From NCBI GenBank assembly GCA_902141825.1, contig CABFPG010000016.1:1-33035 (forward strand): 33,035 nt of DNA, given 5' to 3'. The notes beneath the pieces are model-generated. The model was not told the DNA's origin and did not search any database. It saw nothing but the letters and a program-made list of their open reading frames with translations. The position numbers were made by a program, and so were the translations under genes. Shown here piece after piece: positions 18,897 through 27,543 of the stretch. The stretch's first letter is position 1. Every line of letters begins with the position of its first letter. The DNA is from Thalassocella blandensis (GTDB taxonomy: Bacteria; Pseudomonadota; Gammaproteobacteria; Pseudomonadales; Cellvibrionaceae).

Positions 18897-19322
18897 TTAC
18901 TTATTTGCTGTGGAGGTTTGATCGGAGCTTTCGGACGATTTCTCGTCAGACGCTCGTAACTTTCGCGCGGCTTTTTCGCTGCATGACGAGGATTGATGCG
19001 AATTTACCAACCAATTCATTGTTACACCCAAAGCCGCTCCGATTCCCGCCCCCAGAAGAGCGTTTTGCAACGAGTTTTCGTTCTGCCCTGCTTTGCTGAT
19101 GCCAACACCAATACCTGCACCAATGCCCGCACCTATCCCAGCGGCAACTCCCGTTCTGGTACCCGTATTGGTCTTGACCTGCTCCCGCACGCTACCCAAT
19201 TTGCTGATTAATACATTTCTCAGTTCGGATGAGGTAACCAACTCCGTCAACCCCTGATTGTGCAATTCTTTTTGCAGCTGCTGAATTAAACTCGACAGCG
19301 GTACTTCACTTTGTTGTTTCAT
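18897..19322 (-). CDS. Glycine-zipper (GxxxG-repeat) small membrane protein
   Basis: 141 aa. GVAAGIGAGIGAGIGVGI ... LLGAGIGAALG, a classic glycine-zipper (YMGG-like) pattern. Confidence 0.6.
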   Translation of the reverse strand: MKQQSEVPLSSLIQQLQKELHNQGLTELVTSSELRNVLISKLGSVREQVKTNTGTRTGVAAGIGAGIGAGIGVGISKAGQNENSLQNALLGAGIGAALGVTMNWLVNSHQSSSCSEKAARKLRASDEKSSESSDQTSTANK

Positions 19323-19396
19323 AGGTTCGATCTATTTTATTTGTAAAGCTCTGCTTTACCGAACGCTGACTCACGTCAACGTTCGGCTGCTTCGGC

Positions 19397-21307
19397 TTAC
19401 TGCAACTCTTGCGAGTTTTGCGGTGCTCCAGCCATCACTTTGGCAAGAATGGCCTGAATAGTGCCGCTCTTTTCTGCCAGACCATCGACAGCCTTGCCGA
19501 TCGATAGCGACTTGGCAAAGTTATCAAAGAAGTGCTCTTCCCCACCGACAATATCGATTTTCGCTTTTTCCAGAGCCGTTGCCAGTACTTCGGCATTCTC
19601 TTTTGCAATATCTTTCCCAGCGTCAATCGAAGCCAGTGCTTCCTGCAGTGCAGTTTCCAGACTCATACGGAACTCTTCATGAGCTCTGGCCGCATCACTC
19701 ATACTGTTCATCGCACTGAACTTGTCCACCAGACCATCTGCTTCTGCTTTGAATTTCTCACGAATAACTTCAGCATCAGCCAATCCGGTTTCGCGTTTGG
19801 CTTTCGCCTCAGACTCACCTTTGAGCGCAACCACTTTCGCTTCTGATTCACCCTGTGCTGCCGTAATATGGGCTTTTGCCAAACCTTCTTTTTCCATGGC
19901 GTCGGCCATAGCTTCCTGCACTTTCGCTTCGGCTAGACCACTCGCGGCCTCTTCTGCCTGAATGCCTTCGGCGAGTTTCTTCTTCGCATCGGCTTCTTTC
20001 GCTGCCGCTTCCAGGTTCGCCTGGGCCATGGTTGTAATTTCCATCGCTCGGTGTTTGGCCGCCAGCTCTTCTGCTTCTGCACGCTTCACTTCTTTCACTT
20101 TTTCTTCTTCGGCCAACGCTTCCGCATCCAATACTTGCGTTTGCTTACGACGATCCGCTTCGGAAACCTCACGCACTTCTTTAATTTTCTCTTCTTCTAT
20201 CGCAACTGTCTTATCCACAGACACGCGCTCACGAATGACATTGGCAATTTCCTTTTTCTGTACCTCTACAGCTTTTTCAGCATCGATTCGCTGCAATTCC
20301 ACTTCTCTCTCGCGCGAGACAATTTCAAGATCTTTTGCTCGGGTGACCTTCTCAATTTCAATCACTACTGCACGCTGACGGTTTTGCTCCGCCACTTCGA
20401 TCTCACGTTGTTGATTCTCCTTCTGAACCGCCAGCTCCTGATCCGCCGCAATAGTGGCCGCTTCAGATTTCAAGCGCTCCTCTTCCTGCACTTTGACTGT
20501 TTCCGCCTCTTCGCGCGCACGAATGGTGGCGATTTCACGTTGTTGGCGAGCTTCAGCATCAGCTTGTTGTCGCTCGAGTTCAAGCATAGCCTCAACGGTT
20601 TCTACATTCTTTTTCTTGATAGCAAGCTCTTCATCGCGCTCAAAAATATTTGTTTGAACATTTTGAGCAGCCGTGAGTTCAGTGATTTTACGAATACCTT
20701 CAGCATCAAGAATATTGCTGGGGTCCAGAGAGGACTTCGGCGTTTGCTCCAGATAATCGATCGCAACATCTTCCAGCACATACCCATTTAAATCATTACC
20801 GATTACCTGAATGATTTTGTCACGAAACTGTTGTCTATCTTCAAACAGATTGACGAAATCAATTTGTTTACCGACAGTTTTCAGTGCTTCAGAAAATTTT
20901 GCATTAAATAATTCGTTGACAGCATCTTTATCCGATGCACGATTTGCACCCAGGGACTTTGCCACTTTTAAGACGTCTTCGGGGGTTTCGTTCACTCTCA
21001 AATAAAATGCAACGGTAATATCCGCCCGCATATTGTCACGGCAGATCAACCCATCTTTAGCTCGCCTATCCACTTCCATAGTGATCAATGAAATCCTCAT
21101 CAACTCTTTTTTATGGATGATTGGCAGTATCCAGGCGCCGGTGAAAAATACTTTTGGCTTTGGAGTCGTGTCGTTTTTAATCAGCGCCACACCTTGCTCT
21201 ACTTTCACATAGAAAGCTTTGTATAGTGCAGCGACAACCATTAAGAATAGAAATAACAGACCGATGGTGATTATCACCATAACAACATCTGGTGCAAACT
21301 CTGACAT
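19397..21307 (-). CDS. yqiK: Flotillin / SPFH (band-7) family protein, YqiK-like, with extended coiled-coil C-terminus
   Basis: 636 aa. N-terminal TM helix, then an SPFH domain (...ISLITMEVD...ITVAFYLRV...), then 350 aa of an E/A/K/R-rich coiled coil. AAGGAG RBS. Confidence 0.85.
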   Translation of the reverse strand: MSEFAPDVVMVIITIGLLFLFLMVVAALYKAFYVKVEQGVALIKNDTTPKPKVFFTGAWILPIIHKKELMRISLITMEVDRRAKDGLICRDNMRADITVAFYLRVNETPEDVLKVAKSLGANRASDKDAVNELFNAKFSEALKTVGKQIDFVNLFEDRQQFRDKIIQVIGNDLNGYVLEDVAIDYLEQTPKSSLDPSNILDAEGIRKITELTAAQNVQTNIFERDEELAIKKKNVETVEAMLELERQQADAEARQQREIATIRAREEAETVKVQEEERLKSEAATIAADQELAVQKENQQREIEVAEQNRQRAVVIEIEKVTRAKDLEIVSREREVELQRIDAEKAVEVQKKEIANVIRERVSVDKTVAIEEEKIKEVREVSEADRRKQTQVLDAEALAEEEKVKEVKRAEAEELAAKHRAMEITTMAQANLEAAAKEADAKKKLAEGIQAEEAASGLAEAKVQEAMADAMEKEGLAKAHITAAQGESEAKVVALKGESEAKAKRETGLADAEVIREKFKAEADGLVDKFSAMNSMSDAARAHEEFRMSLETALQEALASIDAGKDIAKENAEVLATALEKAKIDIVGGEEHFFDNFAKSLSIGKAVDGLAEKSGTIQAILAKVMAGAPQNSQELQ

Positions 21308-21332
21308 GGCTAAGCTCCTTTTATAGCTTTGT

Positions 21333-22019
21333 TTAGATTTTAAATTCTTGCTCAGAAATAACTTTATAAATATTTTCTTCCGCTACGTACTCCAGCAGCA
21401 CTATTTTATCTCCCCGTTTAAACTCCTCTTCACTTTTATATGATCTCACCTTCACAATCAGTCCTGCGCCTCCATCGTTCACTGTGGCTTCGCCAAATTC
21501 AGTATTTACAATAGAAGTTCTTACTAGCGCCGATTGACCGACTATCACTTTCTGCACTTCCTGATGCGCAGTTTTGAAAAAATCACGAAAAGGATTGAGC
21601 AATTTCCCTGTAATCATGGCAGCAGCATACAGGACGCCAACCAACACCGCTAAAGCGACAATAAATTGCACAATTCCATCAGGTATAAAATGGAAAGTAT
21701 ATTCTACGATGAGAAAACTTAGAATCCAGCCGATTAAACTTACCAGAAAAAATACAAGCGGCATGGGAATACCAACCAAGCCCAGACGCATCATAATCCC
21801 GGCTAAAACATGGCTGCTGGTCAAGCCTTCAGAGCCATCTAACCCGCCGTCAATATCAGGACCATCAAAGTTCAAAAAATCCAAATCAATCAGACCTAGA
21901 ACTGCAATCAAGCCAAAGAACGTAAATAAGATTAGTAGACAAGTAAAAACAATGACAGGAAATGTCAAAATAATATTATAGAAAGGGTCCATTGCTTCAG
22001 TGAAAAAAATTGCAAACAT
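21333..22019 (-). CDS. yqiJ: NfeD/YqiJ-like inner-membrane protein with C-terminal OB-fold
   Basis: 228 aa. Four to five TM helices, then a soluble C-terminal beta domain (GQSALVRTSIVNTEFGEATV...GDKIVLLEY). This is the canonical flotillin partner and sits 25 bp upstream of it. GGAGG RBS. Confidence 0.7.
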   Translation of the reverse strand: MFAIFFTEAMDPFYNIILTFPVIVFTCLLILFTFFGLIAVLGLIDLDFLNFDGPDIDGGLDGSEGLTSSHVLAGIMMRLGLVGIPMPLVFFLVSLIGWILSFLIVEYTFHFIPDGIVQFIVALAVLVGVLYAAAMITGKLLNPFRDFFKTAHQEVQKVIVGQSALVRTSIVNTEFGEATVNDGGAGLIVKVRSYKSEEEFKRGDKIVLLEYVAEENIYKVISEQEFKI

Positions 22020-22517
22020 TTACGTCCTCCGTATGCACACCATTGCTATATCAGCAATATTTTTTGTTGTTATTATCAGGTTTAAATTCCATAACAAACA
22101 ACCTAGTCCAGCAGGAATGGCAGGTTATTCGCAGGAATGTTAATTTAAACACTCCACTCGATACCACCTCTCTTTTGATTCTCTCAAATATATCCTCCAG
22201 AGAAAATCATCCATTTAAGCTTCCTGGACCGCCTGTTACAACCTGAAAAATTGATTCGTCCGTGAATCCTGACATCCCTTTTCCTCCTTTCCTTACGACA
22301 ACTCTCCCACTATATCTGAAAGGGTCTTTGCCTGGATATGCGTTTTTAGAACCACCGTAAATGCCAGACAAACTCCTACAACTCCTGTAACCTTGCTGCA
22401 GCAACATTTCCATAATATCGCTACATGAAACAGTTCCGTCCTGTAAACCGTTTTTCCTCCGTGATCCTCTTGCGTCCAATCCCATTCAGATTTTGTTACA
22501 TTCGAATACGCCTGGCG

Positions 22518-23201
22518 TTATCGCTTTTTCAGACGATCAAGCACATCTTGAGCACTTTTCCCCGTTGAAACAATGCCGGCTTGCTGTAGCTTTTGCTGCA
22601 ATGAGTCCTCCGAAGTCTCTTTGGACAGTTCACTCGCTGCCTGCATCTGAGCAGCTTTAAGTTGCTGCTTTTCCTTGATGCGCTCTAAAGACTCCATTGC
22701 GGTTCTCAACTTTGAATTTGTTCCACTGTGACGCTCCGCTACAGCAGCTTGCGCACGCTGAACATTTTCAGTCGCCTTCACCGTGTCTACCTGCTGCTTC
22801 AAGCGTTTGATATTCTGATCGGCCAGTTTTATGGCACCGCGCAATTCATTCGCACTGACCTCATAATTTGTAGCAGCTTCTTTTTCAGACTGCAGCTGGT
22901 TTTCAAAATCAGCAATTTTTTGTGCAACCTCCAAAGCTAGCGCCTCGTCATTTTTACTTAAGGCCTGCTCTGCGTACCCCTCATACTCACTGATAGTATT
23001 TGTTAACTGAGTACATTTTTCTTCCGCAAGCTTTTGCCTTGCAATGATGGTGGCCAACCCATCTTTCGACTGCTTCAGCTCTTCCGTTGCCTCTCTGACT
23101 TCCTGGTCAAGAATGCGTAAGGCTTGTGAATCTACAATGGCCTCACCAGCTTCGTTCACACCGCCACGAAGAGCGGTCATCATCTTTTCCCAAATATTCA
23201 T
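22518..23201 (-). CDS. pspA: PspA/IM30 (Vipp1, ESCRT-III-like) family protein, YjfJ-like
   Basis: 227 aa, all-helical. N-terminus MNIWEKMMTALRGGVNEAGEAIVD, heptad pattern and length match PspA/YjfJ. AGGAGAGG RBS. Confidence 0.8.
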   Translation of the reverse strand: MNIWEKMMTALRGGVNEAGEAIVDSQALRILDQEVREATEELKQSKDGLATIIARQKLAEEKCTQLTNTISEYEGYAEQALSKNDEALALEVAQKIADFENQLQSEKEAATNYEVSANELRGAIKLADQNIKRLKQQVDTVKATENVQRAQAAVAERHSGTNSKLRTAMESLERIKEKQQLKAAQMQAASELSKETSEDSLQQKLQQAGIVSTGKSAQDVLDRLKKR

Positions 23202-23217
23202 CTTCCTCTCCTCAAGC

Positions 23218-23889
23218 TCACGCCTCTACAGGCTGCTTTAAAAAATTGCTATAAGCTTCGGTTGCCTGAATTACGTTTGATGCCAACACTTCAATCTCAA
23301 AAACAATATTGGGCAAGACCGAAGATGCACTTAACGCACCAAACATCTGATAATAATCCTTTCCGTTAGTCAGCGTATCCAGACTAATAGTTGAAAGAGG
23401 AAAGTATTTATGAGTCCGCAACACAGCCTCATTAAATGCACTAACATCTTTCACCTCGTCCACCGACCACAAAACAGCCTCTACGATAATCTGATCACCC
23501 GACACGGTGAGAAACAAAGGCAAATCACCCACTTCATGCATTATCAGATGTATGGCCGGCTCGATACCGTCAATCAACTCTATGCTCGCTAACTCACCAT
23601 TAAACAGCGGCTCTGAACAAAGCGCTTCGTATAACCCTGAGGTGGTCCAACGTTTAATTTCTGCCATCATCCAATCTCCTTTTTGTATTGATCGTGTGGA
23701 TATTGCGCTCTCGTGCACGCTTCCAGTCAACGCCAGATCATCCGCCACTTTTGCACGCAATTGCTTCTCGTATTTCGCCAGATACTCAGCATTTTCGGGC
23801 AAGATCCAAACTTCCTTCTTCACCAGGCCCAATTCGCGTAACCGGCGGCGATATTCTCTCTGGTAATGTGCTGATGATTTTGGCTTCAT
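23218..23889 (-). CDS. yjfI: DUF2170 (YjfI-like) protein with 90-aa basic N-terminal extension
   Basis: The C-terminal 130 aa resemble E. coli YjfI, the partner of yjfJ/pspA-like genes. The N-terminal extension is Arg/Lys-rich (QREYRRRLRELGLVKK...). The 16-bp gap to pspA supports co-transcription. Confidence 0.55.
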   Translation of the reverse strand: MKPKSSAHYQREYRRRLRELGLVKKEVWILPENAEYLAKYEKQLRAKVADDLALTGSVHESAISTRSIQKGDWMMAEIKRWTTSGLYEALCSEPLFNGELASIELIDGIEPAIHLIMHEVGDLPLFLTVSGDQIIVEAVLWSVDEVKDVSAFNEAVLRTHKYFPLSTISLDTLTNGKDYYQMFGALSASSVLPNIVFEIEVLASNVIQATEAYSNFLKQPVEA

Positions 23890-23907
23890 GTGAGTAACTC
23901 TACCCTG

Positions 23908-23964
23908 TTACATGTAATAGGTCAATAAAATTACATGTAAACATGTATAAAACATTACATGTAA
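23908..23964. promoter_or_regulatory. Operator-like array: three perfect 10-bp palindromes TTACATGTAA (plus one degenerate copy) at 23-24 bp phasing
   Basis: Read directly at 23908-23917, 23931-23940 and 23955-23964; degenerate AACATGTATA at 23940-23949. Sits in the 92-bp gap immediately upstream of the yjfI-like start. Confidence 0.55.
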
Positions 23965-23981
23965 GAAAATAAATTAAATAA

Positions 23982-26168
23982 TTATATATATTTCAATAAC
24001 TTAAACTTAAATGCCCTGGCAAGCAGGAGGTCAGGAAACACTTTGCACCGACTGTTATATTCTTCCACTGCATCGTTATAACCTTGCCGCAGCACAGCAA
24101 TTTCATTTTCCAGATGTGTAAGCTGCTGAATCAATTTCGCAGTAAGGCTGTGGGCCTTGAGTTGCGGATATGCTTCCACCACCGCCGTCGCCTGATGCAC
24201 CAGATGCTCTAGATCTCCCTGTGCCGCGCTATCGACACTAATCGCTGACCACTGCCGACGCATATCCGCCACAGTTCGCAATAGTGCCTCTTCATGCTGC
24301 ATGAACTTATGGGCAATTTTATTAAGGGCAGGCACTAGATTCTTCCGTTTCCGTAACGCAACCTCAATGTTAGCCCGGTTCCGCATCGCTCTTTTTCGCA
24401 GAAATACGAGATCGTTGTAATGCAGGATTATCATCAGATTCAGGAGAAACACCGGCGACAGCATGGCGGCAAACAAAAAATCCGTGGTTGCAAAGCGACC
24501 ATTTAAGCCGAGCCAGGCCAGCACAAAGTAAAGGCCCGCACTATACGCAAGAGTCAACAATGCCAGCCCTGCGCGCGCCTTACGCAAAAGAAGTGCCCGC
24601 TCTGTTAAGTTCGACAGCAGGTACAAAGATTTTTTACCCGCCTCTCTCATACACAATCTATCATCCTGCTTCATATCAATCGCCACAGGACCAAGCGCAT
24701 ATAAGGAATCCTGTGACGCCAGCCATTCAACAAAGTAGTGGCGGCTACCGCGATATTGGCTTTCGCTGTGTTTTGAAATTACTTCTGCCTTCGCGGGATA
24801 AATCTTCAGCGAGCCACTCTCATCCACACACAAAAATGGAACGGCCTCTTTCCTATCCTCAATGGTCACCCAACGGGTTTTCCCACCACTACTTCGCTTC
24901 TCTTTGACCCGGTAGCGGTACCACATACATGGCACGCCGGCCAAAGGCGCTTCCAGAGTCCTGGAATTTATAGCCTCGACACGCCCCAACACCTCATTCA
25001 ACCCACAACTCACACCGACTACTTTACTGGTCCGAATATTTTCGATGGCCCGCTTAACAAATATAAGCTTCACTCCAAAAAACACTGCGAGTACAGCCAC
25101 CAACGCCGATATCCCCATAATCCATATCCCGGAAACAGACGACAAAGCGACATCATCAAGCCCCCGTTTTCGCTCCTGCAACAACTCAAGCTCCTGAGGC
25201 GAGATAACCACCTCTAATGCGGGTAATGAGATTTGCCACAGCGGCGCCAACCATCGCTCGGGTATTCGCTGAAACTGTTGATGCAATTGGGTGTGTGACA
25301 TTGCCAATGCCAAACGCATTTCACGAGATTGCAAGGCATCAATCGCATTTTGCCTCAGCGCCACCTCTACCGCCGCCTGCTGTTTGTCATACCGCTCGAC
25401 GGCGTTGTGCAAATCAGCCTTCATCATTAACAGCGACAACTGCACTAGAACCAAGGCTACCGTAACCGCAATAATGCTGATAAACACCAGCACACGATGA
25501 ATACCGAACATGCAAACCAACGCATAGATAGCCACACAGCTCAGCGTCAACCCAAGCCATAAACGAAATAATACTGATGCACCTATTTTCCCCAGCACCG
25601 ATGCCGAAGAATTCGTGGTTATGACAGGATTGTATTGACCGGCCTGACGAAAGCCCAACGACATGCCATTTGAGCGGGATTCCGCAAAGCCAAAAGCCAC
25701 CAGCTGCTGACCGGGATCTATGCGATATTCGGTGTGACGGGTAGAACCGTCAGTACGTGTAAAACTGCGTGCAACCTGCCATTCAATATGTGATTGGTCA
25801 CGCTGACTCAGCAATTGAATTACCGCTGTAGAATCTCGCAGGGCTATCGTCGACGCACGACGAATATTTTCAACGGTTTTCCAGCTTGTATTACCATCAG
25901 AATCACGCTCTTCTACTTCGCGTATGTATTGAAAATATAGACAGGGGGTTTGAGTGAAATGACTTGCTATTGTCGCCCCCTCAGCAGTACCAGCCACTTT
26001 GACCTCGCCAGGTAGAACCGCAATATTGCGCGTGAGCGGAATACGCTCCATTTGTCGAAGCTGCTGTAGTGTTTCAAACCCTTGCGAAGTAAAAAAAACT
26101 GCTCCCGCGCCCCCCAACCCGGCGGACAACAGTAAAACCAACCACCACCTCAAAGACATTCGTGCCAT
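23982..26168 (-). CDS. Membrane protein: duplicated GIDE-like domains fused to a C-terminal LemA domain
   Basis: Internal duplication: TPCLYFQYIREVEERDSDGNTSWKTVE aligns with VPCMWYRYRVKEKRSSGGKTRWVTIE. Each copy is preceded by TM helices. The C-terminus matches the LemA family (...NLVPALNKIAHKFMQHEEALL...VEAYPQLKA...NEIAVLRQGYNDAVEEYN...FPDLLLARAFKFK). Start set at the Met before the signal/TM segment. Confidence 0.65.
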   Translation of the reverse strand: MARMSLRWWLVLLLSAGLGGAGAVFFTSQGFETLQQLRQMERIPLTRNIAVLPGEVKVAGTAEGATIASHFTQTPCLYFQYIREVEERDSDGNTSWKTVENIRRASTIALRDSTAVIQLLSQRDQSHIEWQVARSFTRTDGSTRHTEYRIDPGQQLVAFGFAESRSNGMSLGFRQAGQYNPVITTNSSASVLGKIGASVLFRLWLGLTLSCVAIYALVCMFGIHRVLVFISIIAVTVALVLVQLSLLMMKADLHNAVERYDKQQAAVEVALRQNAIDALQSREMRLALAMSHTQLHQQFQRIPERWLAPLWQISLPALEVVISPQELELLQERKRGLDDVALSSVSGIWIMGISALVAVLAVFFGVKLIFVKRAIENIRTSKVVGVSCGLNEVLGRVEAINSRTLEAPLAGVPCMWYRYRVKEKRSSGGKTRWVTIEDRKEAVPFLCVDESGSLKIYPAKAEVISKHSESQYRGSRHYFVEWLASQDSLYALGPVAIDMKQDDRLCMREAGKKSLYLLSNLTERALLLRKARAGLALLTLAYSAGLYFVLAWLGLNGRFATTDFLFAAMLSPVFLLNLMIILHYNDLVFLRKRAMRNRANIEVALRKRKNLVPALNKIAHKFMQHEEALLRTVADMRRQWSAISVDSAAQGDLEHLVHQATAVVEAYPQLKAHSLTAKLIQQLTHLENEIAVLRQGYNDAVEEYNSRCKVFPDLLLARAFKFKLLKYI

Positions 26169-26312
26169 AATGCTTCCTTCTCCACTCTGCTTTTGCATGC
26201 GCCGCGCAATAAATCTAACCTGTGCATTCGGACGTATACCCTTGCACCTGACTTTATGCACTCACACATTTACAATGTAAACACACTATAAGCAGCGAGA
26301 GTAAGTATTCGC

Positions 26313-27458
26313 GTGAAATATAAAAACTCCGACAATTTCCAACACCACCAGGCTGATAAAATTGGTGTATTACTAAGCAACCTGGGCACTCCAGAAGCAC
26401 CCACAGCCAAAGCCCTGAAACCCTATCTCAAACAGTTTCTGTCTGACCCACGAGTGGTCGAAGTTCCGCGTCTGCTATGGTGGTGCATCCTGAATGGAAT
26501 AATTCTGCGAACGCGCCCTAAACGTTCGGCCGAGGCCTACGCATCCGTTTGGACAGAGGAGGGGTCACCACTTTCTATCATCACCAGACAACAAGCGGAA
26601 AAAGTGCGAGCAAAGCTACAGCACCAACACCCATCGATCGACATAGCCTGGGCAATGCGTTATGGCAAACCCGCAATTGCCGAAGGCATCCAAACCCTGA
26701 TTGATAATGGCGCCCGCAAAATTCTGGTACTTCCACTGTATCCACAATACTCAGCAGCTACAGTTGCCTCCACATTCGACGCGCTGGCACAGGACTTTAC
26801 TCATCGGAGATGGCTACCCGAACTTCGGTTTATTAACAGTTATCACGATTACTCTCCCTACCTGAAAGCGCTCAGCCAAAGCATAGAACAACACTGGGAA
26901 ACTCACGGTAAACCACAGAAGCTGATTTTTTCCTACCATGGTGTACCGCTGCGGTATTTACACAACGGCGACCCCTATCATTGCCAGTGCTTAAAAACAT
27001 CCCGCCTGATCGCCGAGCATCTCGGTTTAAATGATGACGAGCACATGACGACATTTCAGTCGCGATTTGGAAAAGAAGAATGGTTAAAACCTTACACCGA
27101 TGACACCATGAAATCACTGCCAAAGCAGGGCATAAAATCAGTACAGGTGATCTGCCCGGGGTTTTCCGCGGACTGCCTGGAAACTATTGAAGAAATTGGT
27201 GAAGAAAATCGCGAATACTTTATCGCTGCCGGTGGGGAACAATACACTTATATTCCCGCCCTAAACGACAGCGAGCCCCACATCGAAGCGCTATGTCAAT
27301 TGATCCAAAAGAATTTACAGGGATGGCTGGACGATCCAACCTTGCCAATAACCCCAACAAACACCACAACCCAAGACAGCTCAGATGATCAAACCGCTGA
27401 ACTGATTGCACGCGCTAAGCGAGCTGAACAATGCCCATATAATAAGCCCTCTACTTGA
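26313..27458 (+). CDS. hemH: Ferrochelatase
   Basis: Collinear with E. coli HemH (recalled): GVLLSNLGTPEAPT, LKQFLSDPRVVEVPRLLWW, VLPLYPQYS, FSYHGVP, FQSRFG, CPGFSADCLETIEEI. GTG start. Carries a 45-aa polar C-terminal extension. Confidence 0.9.
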   Translation: MKYKNSDNFQHHQADKIGVLLSNLGTPEAPTAKALKPYLKQFLSDPRVVEVPRLLWWCILNGIILRTRPKRSAEAYASVWTEEGSPLSIITRQQAEKVRAKLQHQHPSIDIAWAMRYGKPAIAEGIQTLIDNGARKILVLPLYPQYSAATVASTFDALAQDFTHRRWLPELRFINSYHDYSPYLKALSQSIEQHWETHGKPQKLIFSYHGVPLRYLHNGDPYHCQCLKTSRLIAEHLGLNDDEHMTTFQSRFGKEEWLKPYTDDTMKSLPKQGIKSVQVICPGFSADCLETIEEIGEENREYFIAAGGEQYTYIPALNDSEPHIEALCQLIQKNLQGWLDDPTLPITPTNTTTQDSSDDQTAELIARAKRAEQCPYNKPST

Positions 27459-27543
27459 CGCCGCGTGCTTTGTTTAATTTTTGAATAGCTCCATATTTTA
27501 TTCAAAATATATACTACGCAGAACGCACCCGCATACAACAACA

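Noticed and set aside
19461-20791. Series of plus-strand ORFs (73-246 aa) inside the flotillin gene
   Set aside because: Antisense of the E/A/K-rich coiled-coil region. Low-complexity S/A/F/L-rich translations typical of shadow ORFs.
22207-22485. 92-aa minus-strand ORF between pspA and yqiJ
   Set aside because: Gly/Arg/Ser-rich low-complexity translation, no Shine-Dalgarno, and it sits in a pyrimidine-rich probable regulatory gap. Kept only as a remote possibility of a small protein.
24488-24907. 139-aa plus-strand ORF inside the LemA/GIDE gene
   Set aside because: Embedded antisense ORF. The minus-strand product has clear domain signatures.
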